Below are positions 10,192 to 20,658 of a stretch of 64,000 nt of DNA, piece after piece. A model generated the notes under the pieces. That model ran no database searches, had not been told where the DNA came from, and worked only from the letters and a program-made list of their open reading frames with translations. Origin of the DNA: Alphaproteobacteria bacterium UBA3635 (GTDB taxonomy: Bacteria > Pseudomonadota > Alphaproteobacteria > Rs-D84); contig DFKW01000006.1 of assembly GCA_002373935.1 (NCBI GenBank), positions 3,149 through 67,148 of the forward strand, in the 5' to 3' direction. Positions within the stretch are counted from its first letter, which is position 1. Each line of letters begins with the position of its first letter. The translations under genes were made by a program, and so were the position numbers.

Positions 10192-10716
10192 ATGATTATA
10201 AATAATGGTTTTGAAATAAGTAATGAAAAATTGCATTTTGCAACCCAGGTTATTGCCGAAATGCAAAACGAATTGCCTAAATATATTCATGATGGGCATG
10301 GACCTTTTTTGGCGGCGATTTATCATGATAAAAAACAGATTGCAAAATCTGCAAATTCTGTGGTTATGGACAATTGCAGCAATAATCATGCAGAGATGAA
10401 CGTTATCAGAGAGGTTCAAAACATTTTAAACTCTTATGATTTGTCATCGTTTGATTTAGATTTATATGTGACGGCAGAACCGTGTATGATGTGTTTGGGT
10501 GCAATTATGTGGTCTGGGGTAAAATCCGTGTTTTATGGTGTTCCATCAGATTCAGTTGAAAAAATCACCGGTTTTGACGAAGGTTTTAAACCAAACTGGT
10601 TCCGGAAATTTAATAAACGCGGAATTGCAGTATATGGTAATATAAAAACTGATTTAGGTGAAAATGTTTTGGCAGAGTATGTAAAAAGTGGCGAAATATA
10701 TAAACCTTACAGATAA
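10192..10716 (+). CDS. Cytidine/deoxycytidylate-deaminase-fold nucleoside deaminase
   Basis: HAEMN...PCMMCLGAIMWSG zinc-deaminase motifs. Substrate unknown. Confidence 0.75.
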   Translation: MIINNGFEISNEKLHFATQVIAEMQNELPKYIHDGHGPFLAAIYHDKKQIAKSANSVVMDNCSNNHAEMNVIREVQNILNSYDLSSFDLDLYVTAEPCMMCLGAIMWSGVKSVFYGVPSDSVEKITGFDEGFKPNWFRKFNKRGIAVYGNIKTDLGENVLAEYVKSGEIYKPYR

Positions 10717-10745
10717 AGAAGCCCCATCCACCAGGGCGGATTTTT

Positions 10746-11204
10746 TTATTTTATACCTTTTGATTTACGGCGGGATTTGAAAAAATCGCGTAATAATTCG
10801 GCGGACGCATCCGCGTATTCGGGCATTTGGCGGACGCATGGTTTCCACAGGTGTTTATCGGTTTCGAAAATGCGTGCGTTTGCGGTTATGCCCCCGCCCT
10901 TTGGGTCGGGTGCCGCGAAATAGATGTTTTTTATGCGCGCAAATGAAATCGCGGTCGCACACATCGCACACGGCTCCAGCGATATATAAATATCACAATC
11001 GTCCAAAAATTTTGTTCCCAGTTTACGACAGGCGTTATTTATCGCGACAATTTCGGCATGTAATGTTGGATTTTGATTTTTTTGCACACGATTTTCGCCA
11101 CGCGCAATAATTTTTCCATCACACACAATTACCGCGCCGATTGGAACATCGTCGTGATTCATCGCTTTGTTTGCCAAAATCATTGCTTGATTCATAAAAT
11201 CCAT
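10746..11204 (-). CDS. tadA: tRNA adenosine(34) deaminase
   Basis: 152 aa with HAEIVAI...PCAMCATAI motifs and TadA-like length. Confidence 0.85.
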   Translation of the reverse strand: MDFMNQAMILANKAMNHDDVPIGAVIVCDGKIIARGENRVQKNQNPTLHAEIVAINNACRKLGTKFLDDCDIYISLEPCAMCATAISFARIKNIYFAAPDPKGGGITANARIFETDKHLWKPCVRQMPEYADASAELLRDFFKSRRKSKGIK

Positions 11205-11221
11205 GTTGTATAGTTTAACAC

Positions 11222-11788
11222 ATGGATTCTAAATTGCAAATCTTTGAGGGTCGTTTTCATGGGCGAAAATTATTTCTGCCCACAGGTGCGCGTCCAACGC
11301 AAAACCGGGCACGACTTGCCGTATTTAATATGTTGCGCGAAATCGTAAATACTTGGGATAAATTTTCGGTTTGGGACGCTTTTGCGGGATCTGGGGCATT
11401 TGGTATTGAAATGATGTCGCGTTATCCAAATGCACGTGTTTATTTTTCAGATATATTGCCTGAATCTATCAAAATTGTTAACAAAAATTTAGAATTGGTA
11501 AAACCACATTTACAAGAATACCGGGTTCATCAAGCGGACGCTTTGGCTTTGTTGTGCGAAAACGGTTTTGGAAAAAATATTGATATTGCCTTTATTGATC
11601 CGCCCTATGACAATGCGAATTTAGGTATAAAATTTATGCAAGAATTTGGCAAAATCGCCAAAACTGGTGCTATTTTAATCTGGGAACAAGAGGCAGATAA
11701 ATCCGTCACCCCAGATGACGCAAATTGGGAAATTTTGCGCGACAGAAAATATGGCCGCGCACGGTTCTTGATTTTGCGTAAGTTTTAG
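11222..11788 (+). CDS. rsmD: 16S rRNA (guanine966-N2)-methyltransferase
   Basis: DAFAGSGAFGIE SAM motif and DPPY motif. Confidence 0.85.
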   Translation: MDSKLQIFEGRFHGRKLFLPTGARPTQNRARLAVFNMLREIVNTWDKFSVWDAFAGSGAFGIEMMSRYPNARVYFSDILPESIKIVNKNLELVKPHLQEYRVHQADALALLCENGFGKNIDIAFIDPPYDNANLGIKFMQEFGKIAKTGAILIWEQEADKSVTPDDANWEILRDRKYGRARFLILRKF

Positions 11789-11826
11789 TTATCATGTTTA
11801 CATATAATGAACGAAAAGGAAGTATT

Positions 11827-12312
11827 ATGAATCAACTTGTTATATCTGGAACAAACTATAGTATGCTACTTGACGTGAACTGGACGCGTGGCGATAATTT
11901 ATATCAGGTGGACTTTATATATCTGGATCCTTTTTGTAAACCAAGGGGGTTTGATAGTCAAATCTGTAATATACACGGCAATGATATACGAAATATTCAT
12001 ATAGGTGATATTGGTGAATATTTGACAGCACCACAATACAAAAAACCGACATGGAAACAAATTTTTCCCTATTGCGAACACAATATAGAATTAGCAACAC
12101 TGCTTGGCATAGGAAAACCAAATAAAGCAAGGGTTTTTGGTAATAAAATCGGTGAACAAACTATATCATTACGCGATACAGATATTGGATTTCAACGTGG
12201 TGATGATTTATTGATACAGATAGACAACGGTTATCAATACAAGCTTGTTCGCAATATAAATCAAGAATTGTTAAAGTATAAATTGCAACAACAAATGGCA
12301 AAAAGGTTATAA
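11827..12312 (+). CDS. Hypothetical protein (AT-rich gene)
   Basis: ORF 11794..12312 trimmed to MNQLVISG. No family recognised. Visibly more AT-rich than its neighbours. Confidence 0.5.
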   Translation: MNQLVISGTNYSMLLDVNWTRGDNLYQVDFIYLDPFCKPRGFDSQICNIHGNDIRNIHIGDIGEYLTAPQYKKPTWKQIFPYCEHNIELATLLGIGKPNKARVFGNKIGEQTISLRDTDIGFQRGDDLLIQIDNGYQYKLVRNINQELLKYKLQQQMAKRL

Positions 12313-12318
12313 AAATCC

Positions 12319-12347
12319 TTGCTTTTTCGTTAAATTTAGTTCATAAT
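12319..12347 (+). promoter_or_regulatory. Sigma-70-type promoter of rplY
   Basis: TTGCTT, 17-nt spacer, CATAAT, followed by an ~85-nt leader. Confidence 0.5.
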
Positions 12348-12435
12348 ACGCCCTGCACGACACCCTTGGAGGTTGTGCAAAGGTTAACAACCCCACTTCG
12401 CCGAGGCTATGTGGGGCAAGAAAAAGGACAAAAAA

Positions 12436-13053
12436 ATGGCAATTGAATTAAATGCAGAATTTCGTGAAGTTGCTGGCAAGGGGGCCGCACGTGCAATTCG
12501 TAAAAATCAAAATATCCCTGCAGTAATCTATGGTGAAAAAAAGGAACCAACCGCAATCGTGTTGAATATGCGCGATTTTGAAATGTTGTTGAAACAACCG
12601 TCTTTGCGGACAAAATTGTTCCAAATCAAAACACCAAAGGGAACAGAGGACGCTATGTTGATGGATATTCAATATCATCCGGTGTCTGATCGTGTTATTC
12701 ACGTTGATTTCAAACGCATCGATGTTAAATCGCCGGTCGCGGTCAGTGTGCCGTTGGAATTGGCAAATATGGAAACATCACGCGGTTTGAAAATGGGTGG
12801 CGTGTTGAACTTTGCGGTGCGTAAGGTTGCATTGCGTGGTTTGGTTCACGACATGCCGGAAAAAGTCGTTATTGATTTGACAGACCTGAATATCGGTGAT
12901 GTGGTTCACGGAACTGATTTGGTTTTGCCAAAAGGTATTGAATTGGGTCTGCACCAGGCAGAATTGGCGTTCGTCACAATCGGCGGTAAAATGCCAGATG
13001 AAACTGATAATAAACCTGCGGCAGCCGCAGCGGCAGCACCTGCGAAAAAATAA
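12436..13053 (+). CDS. rplY: Ribosomal protein L25 (Ctc form)
   Basis: Start at MAIELNAEFREVAGKGAARAIR. Ala-rich C-terminal tail. Confidence 0.9.
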   Translation: MAIELNAEFREVAGKGAARAIRKNQNIPAVIYGEKKEPTAIVLNMRDFEMLLKQPSLRTKLFQIKTPKGTEDAMLMDIQYHPVSDRVIHVDFKRIDVKSPVAVSVPLELANMETSRGLKMGGVLNFAVRKVALRGLVHDMPEKVVIDLTDLNIGDVVHGTDLVLPKGIELGLHQAELAFVTIGGKMPDETDNKPAAAAAAAPAKK

Positions 13054-13076
13054 TAAAAACAATATAATTTTGTTTT

Positions 13077-13105
13077 ACCGTCCATGTTTTTGGACGGTTT
13101 TTTTG
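13077..13105 (+). terminator. Intrinsic terminator
   Basis: ACCGTCCA/TGGACGGT stem plus T-run. Confidence 0.8.
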
Positions 13106-13161
13106 TTTGATTTAATTTTGTGTATATGTTATATTTCCTATTGAAATATAAAGGTTTTATT

Positions 13162-14058
13162 ATGAAGGGCTTGCGTCGATTTTTTGCTCATGTTATCGCA
13201 ACATTTATCCCATCAAAACGCGTGTCGCGTCGGGTAAAATCGTTGATTGAATATGGTGTGGTTCGCAAAATGCGTGAAAATCGCGATTTTAGAAAATCTG
13301 TGCGGGCACCGGCAAAATTCAAATACAACCTGGCGATTGTGGCAATTATGAAAAACGAAGGTCCCTATTTGGCCGAGTGGATTGAATTTCATAAATTGTT
13401 AGGGGTTGAAAAGTTTTACCTGTATGATAATGAAAGTTCTGACGATACACAAAAAATATTAAAGCCATATATCAAATCTGGGTTGGTGGATTATACTTTT
13501 TTCCCGGGCGAAAAGATGCAGTTGCCGGCGTACGAGGATTGTATTGCGCGTCACAAAAATGAAACTAAATGGCTGGCGGTGATTGATTTGGATGAATTTT
13601 TGGTGCCGGTAAAATATGAAAATATGACCGATTTTTTGGCAACTGTCCCGGAAAATGTCGCACAAATTATTATTCCGTGGGTGATTTTTGGTTCAAATGG
13701 GCACAAAAACAAACCCCAAGGATTAGTTATCGCCAATTACACTATGCGCGCGAAAAAGAACTGGTTATACAAGGCGATTGTCAATCCGCGTATGGTTATG
13801 CATATGGGATGTCACGAGCATGATGTGGCGGGCGCAACAAAAAGTGTGCGGATGTCGGTATGCCGCGTGCATCATTATCATTGTAAATCATGGCAAGAAT
13901 ATAAATTAAAAGCAATGCGTGGTGACGCGTGGGACGGTGCGGATGCCGGGGTTAAAAAATATCAAATGGATTGTTTCAAAAAACATGACCTGAACGATGT
14001 TTATGACGGGGCCGCATTGCGGTTTGCTAATCAAATCGATGGGATTTTAAACAAATAA
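13162..14058 (+). CDS. Glycosyltransferase family 92 (DUF23-like) protein
   Basis: YLAEWIEFHKLLGVEKFYLYDNESSD resembles the GT92 signature. Start trimmed to MKGLRRFF. Confidence 0.65.
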   Translation: MKGLRRFFAHVIATFIPSKRVSRRVKSLIEYGVVRKMRENRDFRKSVRAPAKFKYNLAIVAIMKNEGPYLAEWIEFHKLLGVEKFYLYDNESSDDTQKILKPYIKSGLVDYTFFPGEKMQLPAYEDCIARHKNETKWLAVIDLDEFLVPVKYENMTDFLATVPENVAQIIIPWVIFGSNGHKNKPQGLVIANYTMRAKKNWLYKAIVNPRMVMHMGCHEHDVAGATKSVRMSVCRVHHYHCKSWQEYKLKAMRGDAWDGADAGVKKYQMDCFKKHDLNDVYDGAALRFANQIDGILNK

Positions 14059-14075
14059 TTTTTTTGATTTTGCCT

Positions 14076-14103
14076 CTTGAAATTATATTTGTTGACCCTA
14101 TAT
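14076..14103 (+). promoter_or_regulatory. RpoH (sigma-32)-type heat-shock promoter of dnaK
   Basis: CTTGAAA, 13-nt spacer, CCCTATAT matches the sigma-32 consensus CTTGAA-N13/14-CCCCATNT. Confidence 0.7.
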
Positions 14104-14142
14104 CTGGGTTAGCAAATATTTTTCTTTAAGGAGGCATAAAAT

Positions 14143-16038
14143 ATGGCAAAAGTATTAGGTATCGATTTGGGAACGACAAATTCCGCAATGGCGTTTATGG
14201 ATGGAACAAATCCAAAAATCATCGAAAATTCCGAGGGTCAACGCACAACCCCGTCGGTTGTGGCACTGACACAAAACGGTGACCAATTGGTCGGTATCAC
14301 CGCAAAAAACCAGGCGGTGACAAATCCAGAAAACACTATTTATGAAATTAAACGTTTGATGGGCCTGCGTTATGACAGCCCGGCCGTCCGCGAAATCGCG
14401 GCGCGTGTTCCGTATAAAATTGTTGCCGGCGATAATGGCGACGCATGGGTTGAAATGGATGGTAAAAAATATGCTCCGTCCCAAATTTCGGCCATGATTT
14501 TGGCAAAACTGAAAAAAGATGCCGAAAATTATTTGGGCGAAACCGTGACGGATGCGGTTATTACCGTGCCGGCGTATTTCAATGATTCACAACGTCAGGC
14601 AACCAAAGATGCCGGTCGTATCGCGGGATTAAATGTGTTGCGTATTGTGAACGAACCAACCGCGGCGGCGTTGGCCTATGGTTTGGACAAAGATAAAAAC
14701 GGCACTATCGCGGTCTATGATTTGGGTGGTGGAACGTTCGATGTGTCCATTTTGGAAATCGTCGATGGCGTGTTCGAGGTTAAATCAACAAACGGTGATA
14801 CCGCATTGGGTGGGTCTGATTTCGATGCGCGCATTTTGAAATATTTGATTGATGAATTTAAAGCACAGACCGGTATTGATTTGTCCAATGATAAATTGGC
14901 GTTGCAAAGATTAAAAGAAGCCGCAGAAAAGGCAAAAATCGAATTGTCATCAAAAACATCTGCGGATATCAATTTGCCGTTCTTGACGGCCGATAGCACC
15001 GGTCCAAAACATTTCAACACAACATTGACCCGTGCAAAATTGGAATCTTTGGTTGACGATTTGATTCGCAAAACGATTGAACCGTGCGAAAAAGCGTTAA
15101 AAGATGCGGGTATTTCAAAATCTGACATCAATGAAGTGATTTTGGTTGGTGGTCAAACCCGTATGCCAAAAGTGGTCGAAACGGTTAAAGAATTCTTTGG
15201 TCGCGAACCGCACAAGGGCGTGAACCCGGACGAAGTGGTCGCCATGGGTGCCGCGATTCAAGGTGGTGTTTTAAAAGGCGATGTAAAAGATGTTTTGTTG
15301 TTGGATGTGACACCTTTGTCATTGGGTATTGAAACATTGGGTGGTGTGTTCACGCGTTTAATTGACCGCAACACAACAATTCCAACAAAAAAATCCCAGG
15401 TCTTTTCAACCGCCGAAGATAATCAATCGGCCGTGACAATTCGCGTATTCCAAGGCGAACGCGATATGGCCGCCGATAATAAATTGTTGGGTCAGTTTAA
15501 CCTGGAGGGTATCGCACCGGCACCACGTGGGATGCCACAAATCGAGGTGTCTTTTGATATTGACGCGAACGGTATCGTGCATGTGTCTGCGAAAGATAAA
15601 GGCACCGGCAAAGAACAGGCGATTTCGATTAAATCTGATGGGGGGCTGTCCGAAGACGAAATCAAACGCATGGTTGACGAGGCCGCAGCCAACGCCGACG
15701 CGGACAAGAAAAAACGCGAATTGGTCGAGGCGAAAAACCAAGGTGAAACCGCAGTATTTTCGATTGAAAAATCTTTGAAAGAACACGGTGACAAGATTTC
15801 TGCCGACGAAAAGAAAGCAATCGAAGATGCCAAGGATGCGTTGGCCGCAGAATTAAAGAAAGACGATGCGACGGTTGAATCAATCAAAGAAAAAACGGAC
15901 GCATTAACAGAAAAAGCCATGAAGTTAGGCGAAGCGGTGTATAAAGCCGCGCAAGCCGAACAACAGGCAAATGCAGGAAATTCTGAATCAGGTAATGACA
16001 ACAACACAACCGACGCAGATTTTTCTGAAAAGAAATAA
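14143..16038 (+). CDS. dnaK: Molecular chaperone DnaK (Hsp70)
   Basis: 631 aa with an unmistakable Hsp70 sequence ([17 protein letters not shown]). Confidence 0.98.
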   Translation: MAKVLGIDLGTTNSAMAFMDGTNPKIIENSEGQRTTPSVVALTQNGDQLVGITAKNQAVTNPENTIYEIKRLMGLRYDSPAVREIAARVPYKIVAGDNGDAWVEMDGKKYAPSQISAMILAKLKKDAENYLGETVTDAVITVPAYFNDSQRQATKDAGRIAGLNVLRIVNEPTAAALAYGLDKDKNGTIAVYDLGGGTFDVSILEIVDGVFEVKSTNGDTALGGSDFDARILKYLIDEFKAQTGIDLSNDKLALQRLKEAAEKAKIELSSKTSADINLPFLTADSTGPKHFNTTLTRAKLESLVDDLIRKTIEPCEKALKDAGISKSDINEVILVGGQTRMPKVVETVKEFFGREPHKGVNPDEVVAMGAAIQGGVLKGDVKDVLLLDVTPLSLGIETLGGVFTRLIDRNTTIPTKKSQVFSTAEDNQSAVTIRVFQGERDMAADNKLLGQFNLEGIAPAPRGMPQIEVSFDIDANGIVHVSAKDKGTGKEQAISIKSDGGLSEDEIKRMVDEAAANADADKKKRELVEAKNQGETAVFSIEKSLKEHGDKISADEKKAIEDAKDALAAELKKDDATVESIKEKTDALTEKAMKLGEAVYKAAQAEQQANAGNSESGNDNNTTDADFSEKK

Positions 16039-16054
16039 TTTGTTTAGTTTGTTT

Positions 16055-16080
16055 AAAACCGCCCAATCGGGCGGTTTTTT
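16055..16080 (+). terminator. Intrinsic terminator (CCGCCCAATCGGGCGG type)
   Basis: AAAA-CCGCCC AATC GGGCGG-TTTTTT. Confidence 0.85.
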
Positions 16081-16137
16081 AATTGCTTTTTGGTTTTTTT
16101 ATGTTATAAAAAAAGAAAATAACAAGGAGTTAATTAT

Positions 16138-16734
16138 ATGGCAAATTACGAAGACGAAAATCACCAGTTTAGCACAATTCTCAGCATCGATGATAGTGGC
16201 GTATGGTTAGAAAATGACCTGTGGGGGAGATTTTTCACAAAACGGTTTGACGGTTCAATCTGTTGGGATGGTGAATGGCGTAAAAATCTGAAACCGGGCG
16301 ATGTGATTCCTGTATTACGTCAAAAACGCGGGAATACTTATGCATATATGACTGGGTTTGATTTGCATAAAGCGGAAGAAAAATTACGGGATTTTATCAA
16401 TCAAGAAAAACAAGATGCGGTTGTGACATCTGTGGTTCACCGTCACAACATCAATTCACCAAAAACTGAAATACTAGCATACAGCCCGGTATGGAAAGAA
16501 ATTTATTGTGAATCATACGGATTCGGTCAAACAGAAGTTCAACGTGGTGATATCGTCACATTTTCACGCGAACTGAACAAGAAAGGTTTGTATGAATATC
16601 ACATGCGCGAGAACAAAACAGCAGAAGAAATTAAAATGAAAGGCATTGCCCAGATATTAAAAGATTTTAACGAAGCTGAACGCGGCAGAATATTATTACT
16701 GAGCGATAGAATTAGATTGGGATTGGACAAATAA
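16138..16734 (+). CDS. Hypothetical protein
   Basis: 198-aa ORF with an AAGGAG RBS. No family recognised. Confidence 0.55.
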   Translation: MANYEDENHQFSTILSIDDSGVWLENDLWGRFFTKRFDGSICWDGEWRKNLKPGDVIPVLRQKRGNTYAYMTGFDLHKAEEKLRDFINQEKQDAVVTSVVHRHNINSPKTEILAYSPVWKEIYCESYGFGQTEVQRGDIVTFSRELNKKGLYEYHMRENKTAEEIKMKGIAQILKDFNEAERGRILLLSDRIRLGLDK

Positions 16735-16758
16735 AAATCGGGCGACATGCCCGGTTTT

Positions 16759-17841
16759 TTATTTTGTTTCACCGATATATATACCCATGTTATCCGCGGC
16801 AATCAATAACGGGTTATCATCATCAACCATAGCATTTGATATATTTAACCCGGTTATATTTGGGTCACGTTCCGGATGACCGGACGATACAACCGTATCC
16901 AGGCCAACCGTTGTTATTTCACCGTTTTGCAGTGCCGTCATCACATAAGTTTCGTTATTTTCAACTGCATCCAATGCGGCGTTCGCCATCGATATTGCCA
17001 ATATTCTGTCGTTTGGAGTTGTGCGCCCTGCCCGTTGAATATGTTCGGGAAACGCGGTTCGATTTGCAATTCCGGCGGCGGTGAGTTTACGCGAAATCAT
17101 TGTTGCGGCATCGCCCGAATGTCCACGCAGGCGGACACCTTCGGACACCATGATTATTCCGTAATCTGTTGGCGCGTTTTTAATATGCGTGACCAATTTG
17201 TCGATATCAAATTTTATTTCCGGTATTAAAATTGCCGTAGCACCACATGCCACCCCGGATGTTAATGCCAATGCGCCACTGTTGCGGCCCATGGATTGCA
17301 CAACAAACCAACGATGGTGACTGCGTGCGGTCAACATTAAATCATCGCAAAAACCGGTCAGTTGCGACACCGCCGTATCAAAACCAATCGTTCGGTCGGT
17401 TAACGGGATATCCATATCAATCGTTTTTGGAATACAAATCAGTTGCAAATCTGAATAAATGTCACGAGTATTCCACGCCAACGATATACTGCCGTTGCCA
17501 CCAATTAAAATCAGCGCGTCCAGTTTTGCCGCCGCCAAATTTTTCTTTAATTGTTTTGTGAACTGGGGCAATTTACCCGATTGCACGGCGCGTTCAAAAT
17601 TATTTGTCACGCCGACATTTCCATTACGCAGAATACTGCCCGCCACAGGCATTTGTTCGGGTGGCAATGTATCCGGGGTTATGCGTATCATGTTTGGTTC
17701 CGCGCCCACCAGGCCGTCCGTGCCATCCAATATACCGTATGTTGCCCAGCCGCGTTTCGCCGCACCAATTACAATACCATAAATCGCCGTATTTAATCCC
17801 GAACAATCGCCACCGGTCGTCATAATGCCTATTTTTTTCAT
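16759..17841 (-). CDS. pfk: 6-phosphofructokinase (ATP- or PPi-dependent not resolved)
   Basis: 360 aa with N-terminal TTGGDCSGLN, PfkA-family. Confidence 0.85.
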   Translation of the reverse strand: MKKIGIMTTGGDCSGLNTAIYGIVIGAAKRGWATYGILDGTDGLVGAEPNMIRITPDTLPPEQMPVAGSILRNGNVGVTNNFERAVQSGKLPQFTKQLKKNLAAAKLDALILIGGNGSISLAWNTRDIYSDLQLICIPKTIDMDIPLTDRTIGFDTAVSQLTGFCDDLMLTARSHHRWFVVQSMGRNSGALALTSGVACGATAILIPEIKFDIDKLVTHIKNAPTDYGIIMVSEGVRLRGHSGDAATMISRKLTAAGIANRTAFPEHIQRAGRTTPNDRILAISMANAALDAVENNETYVMTALQNGEITTVGLDTVVSSGHPERDPNITGLNISNAMVDDDNPLLIAADNMGIYIGETK

Positions 17842-17946
17842 ATTTTCTCCATTTATTTGATGCCTGTATTATACCACAAAAAGTTTGACAGCGGTATTGT
17901 TTTTGTGCTAAATTTTTGTTGTCATTTATTAAAAGGTTTAATTGTA

Positions 17947-19104
17947 ATGTCCAAACGCATGGGTCGAACAAAAAATTCTACGGACGATTTAATAGACGGC
18001 GCATTGGCGCAACAGCAAGATTGGCATGAACGGCGGCGGTCTTTTTCACGCGAATTTTTAACATCACTGAATATGTTTGCAAAACCAAACCCTGCACGGC
18101 CCGTTGTTGGTCGTCCGGCGGTAAAATCAACAAATACAAATGCAAACAATAACGCAACAAATGGCGCAACAAAAAACAAATCGGTATTGCGCGAATATTG
18201 GTTTCCTATTTTATGCGCGTTGATTGTTATTTTTGTGACAATTTGGGTTTTATTTTGTCACACAACAAATCGCGCGGTTGTGCGGCCTGTGCCAGAACCG
18301 ATTGTTCGCACGGTTAAACCCGCGCTAAATGCGCCCGCGTTTGATATTGTGCGTATTGGTGCGGATGGCAAAATTATTATTGCGGGTCGTTGGCGCCCAA
18401 ATACACGCGTATCTGTTTATACAAACAAAAAATTGGTTGCAACATTGATAACCGACGACAATGGCGAATTTGTCTATGCACCGATGCGTGCGTGGGATGC
18501 CGGGAATTACACGGTTTATTTAATGGATGTGGAAACAAAATTGAAATCAACGGATTCTGTGTTTATTTATGTGTCGGAACACGGCCCGGAAAATTCGGTA
18601 TCGTTGTTGATGACCCGTGACGGCAGTCGCGTTTTACAGGCCCCCAGCAATTTGCGCGACGGCGATTTGTCTGTTTCAAAGATTGATTATTTGGACAACG
18701 GGCGTTTGGTTATAACCGGGGATGGATTGCCGCGATTGCGTGTGTCCGCAATGTTAAATGACGAAATGTTGGGGACGGCACGCGTATCTGATTATAAACA
18801 TTTTGGGTTGGGTGCGGATGTTGGCGATTTAACCCCGGGCGATGAATATACTTTATCGGTTCGTATGCATGATGGCGACGGCAATATTATATCAACCATC
18901 ACGCATAAATTTATTATGCCAAAAATGACGGGCGACGATGACACATATTATACCGTTCGTCGTGGCGATTGTTTATGGATTATTGCACGGAACTTTATGC
19001 GGCGCGGAATTTTGTTCAGTGTGATTGCCGCACGCAACGGTATTCAAAACCCTGATTTAATTTTTCCAAAACAAAAGTTAAATATACCTGTTCAACCCAA
19101 ATAA
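17947..19104 (+). CDS. LysM peptidoglycan-binding membrane-anchored protein
   Basis: Start trimmed to MSKRMGRTKN. One TM segment and a C-terminal LysM (YYTVRRGDCLWIIARN...IFPKQKLNIP). Confidence 0.8.
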   Translation: MSKRMGRTKNSTDDLIDGALAQQQDWHERRRSFSREFLTSLNMFAKPNPARPVVGRPAVKSTNTNANNNATNGATKNKSVLREYWFPILCALIVIFVTIWVLFCHTTNRAVVRPVPEPIVRTVKPALNAPAFDIVRIGADGKIIIAGRWRPNTRVSVYTNKKLVATLITDDNGEFVYAPMRAWDAGNYTVYLMDVETKLKSTDSVFIYVSEHGPENSVSLLMTRDGSRVLQAPSNLRDGDLSVSKIDYLDNGRLVITGDGLPRLRVSAMLNDEMLGTARVSDYKHFGLGADVGDLTPGDEYTLSVRMHDGDGNIISTITHKFIMPKMTGDDDTYYTVRRGDCLWIIARNFMRRGILFSVIAARNGIQNPDLIFPKQKLNIPVQPK

Positions 19105-19120
19105 ACCAAAGGAGAGACGG

Positions 19121-19576
19121 ATGCCGATAAAAAAACACGTAATAGAAGTATATAAAAACTATAAAATTTATATCGTGTCCGGCATCCAACCCGCCATGTT
19201 CATCGCAGAAAAGGCCGACCCGTCCAAGGGCGCAACATTGGTTGATGACGATTTGGACAAATTAAAATCCAATATTGATAAAACATTGGATTATGCATTA
19301 AGCGTTCGCATAAATATTTGGGATGGGCCATTGCAAAGTCAAACAATTCAAAACCCGACAACCAAAATCAAATCTGTAAACGGATTGTTGAACGGATTTG
19401 CCATTGTTATTGAAAGCAAGTATGATTTGGATGTTGTTATCGAAATGGCGGAAAATTGCAAATTGCGCAAATCTAAAAAGCACGGGAAACATCGCAGTGC
19501 ACCATTAAATGTTTTACGGATTGTTTGTCGCAGCAACAGGATGGCCGTGCAAAATAACAAACAACACCAAAAATGA
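19121..19576 (+). CDS. Hypothetical protein
   Basis: 151-aa ORF with a GGAGAGA RBS. No family recognised. Confidence 0.5.
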   Translation: MPIKKHVIEVYKNYKIYIVSGIQPAMFIAEKADPSKGATLVDDDLDKLKSNIDKTLDYALSVRINIWDGPLQSQTIQNPTTKIKSVNGLLNGFAIVIESKYDLDVVIEMAENCKLRKSKKHGKHRSAPLNVLRIVCRSNRMAVQNNKQHQK

Positions 19577-19648
19577 TTGTTTTTGCGTTGACAATATGTT
19601 TTTCTATATTATGATGAACATATACACAACCCACAAACAAAAGGTTTT

Positions 19649-20533
19649 ATGATGAAGGGAATTTTACTGGCCGGAGGGAGTGGTTCCAGATTATATCCAT
19701 TGACAAAAACAATATCCAAACAATTATTGCCGGTGTATGACAAACCGATGATTTATTATCCTTTGTCAACATTGATGCATTTTGAAATTCGGGATATTTT
19801 GATTATATCAACACCAAACGATACACCTAATATCGAAAAATTATTGGGTAATGGGGAACAGTTGGGTATGAAAATATCATATAAAATCCAACCACAGCCC
19901 CGTGGCATTGCCCAGGCGTTTACCATTGGCGAACAATTTATCGGTGATAACAATGTGTGTCTGATATTGGGCGACAATATTTTCCATATGGATACCGAGT
20001 TTGCGGATTTTCAATCTGCGGTCAAAAAGAACCAAAACAATCGCGCAACAATTTTCGCATATCAAGTATCAGACCCAGAACGTTTCGGCGTGGTCGAATT
20101 TGATAAAAACAACCGTGCCATATCAATCGAAGAAAAACCGGCAAAACCAAAATCTAACTTTGCGTCGGTGGGTCTGTATTTTTATCCGTCGGATGTTGTG
20201 CAATATGCGCGCGATTTGAAACCGTCGGCACGCGGGGAATATGAAATCACGGATTTGAATAACATCTATCTGCGCCAGGGACGCATGTCGGTCGTGCCAA
20301 TGCATCGCGGAAATGTTTGGCTGGATGCGGGAACACCAAATTCGTTGATGGATTCGGGAAACTTTGTCCAAATGATAGAGGCACGCCAAGGTATCAAAAT
20401 TGCGTGTATCGAAGAAATCGCGTTTGCGCGTGGATTTATTGACGCCGCCCAAATGGCGCGGTTGATTGATAAAGCGCCGCGCGGTCAATATCGAACATAT
20501 TTGGAACGCGTATTGAACGAAAAAACAAGATAA
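19649..20533 (+). CDS. rfbA: Glucose-1-phosphate thymidylyltransferase
   Basis: GILLAGGSGSRLYPLT motif, 294 aa. Confidence 0.9.
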   Translation: MMKGILLAGGSGSRLYPLTKTISKQLLPVYDKPMIYYPLSTLMHFEIRDILIISTPNDTPNIEKLLGNGEQLGMKISYKIQPQPRGIAQAFTIGEQFIGDNNVCLILGDNIFHMDTEFADFQSAVKKNQNNRATIFAYQVSDPERFGVVEFDKNNRAISIEEKPAKPKSNFASVGLYFYPSDVVQYARDLKPSARGEYEITDLNNIYLRQGRMSVVPMHRGNVWLDAGTPNSLMDSGNFVQMIEARQGIKIACIEEIAFARGFIDAAQMARLIDKAPRGQYRTYLERVLNEKTR

Positions 20534-20658
20534 AATTACCGCCGTTTTGGCGGTTTTTATTTTAACCAAAGGAGATTATAAAAAATTTGACAAACGATAA
20601 ATTTCTGCAATAATTTTATTAAAACAAGGCCAATATTTTACCACCAAAGGGGGCAAAT

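Noticed and set aside
10192-11204. A convergent pair of CDA-fold deaminases as a possible toxin/editing system.
   Set aside because: One is a standard TadA and the other a small nucleoside/guanine-deaminase-like enzyme. There are no immunity or targeting genes, so this is ordinary metabolism.
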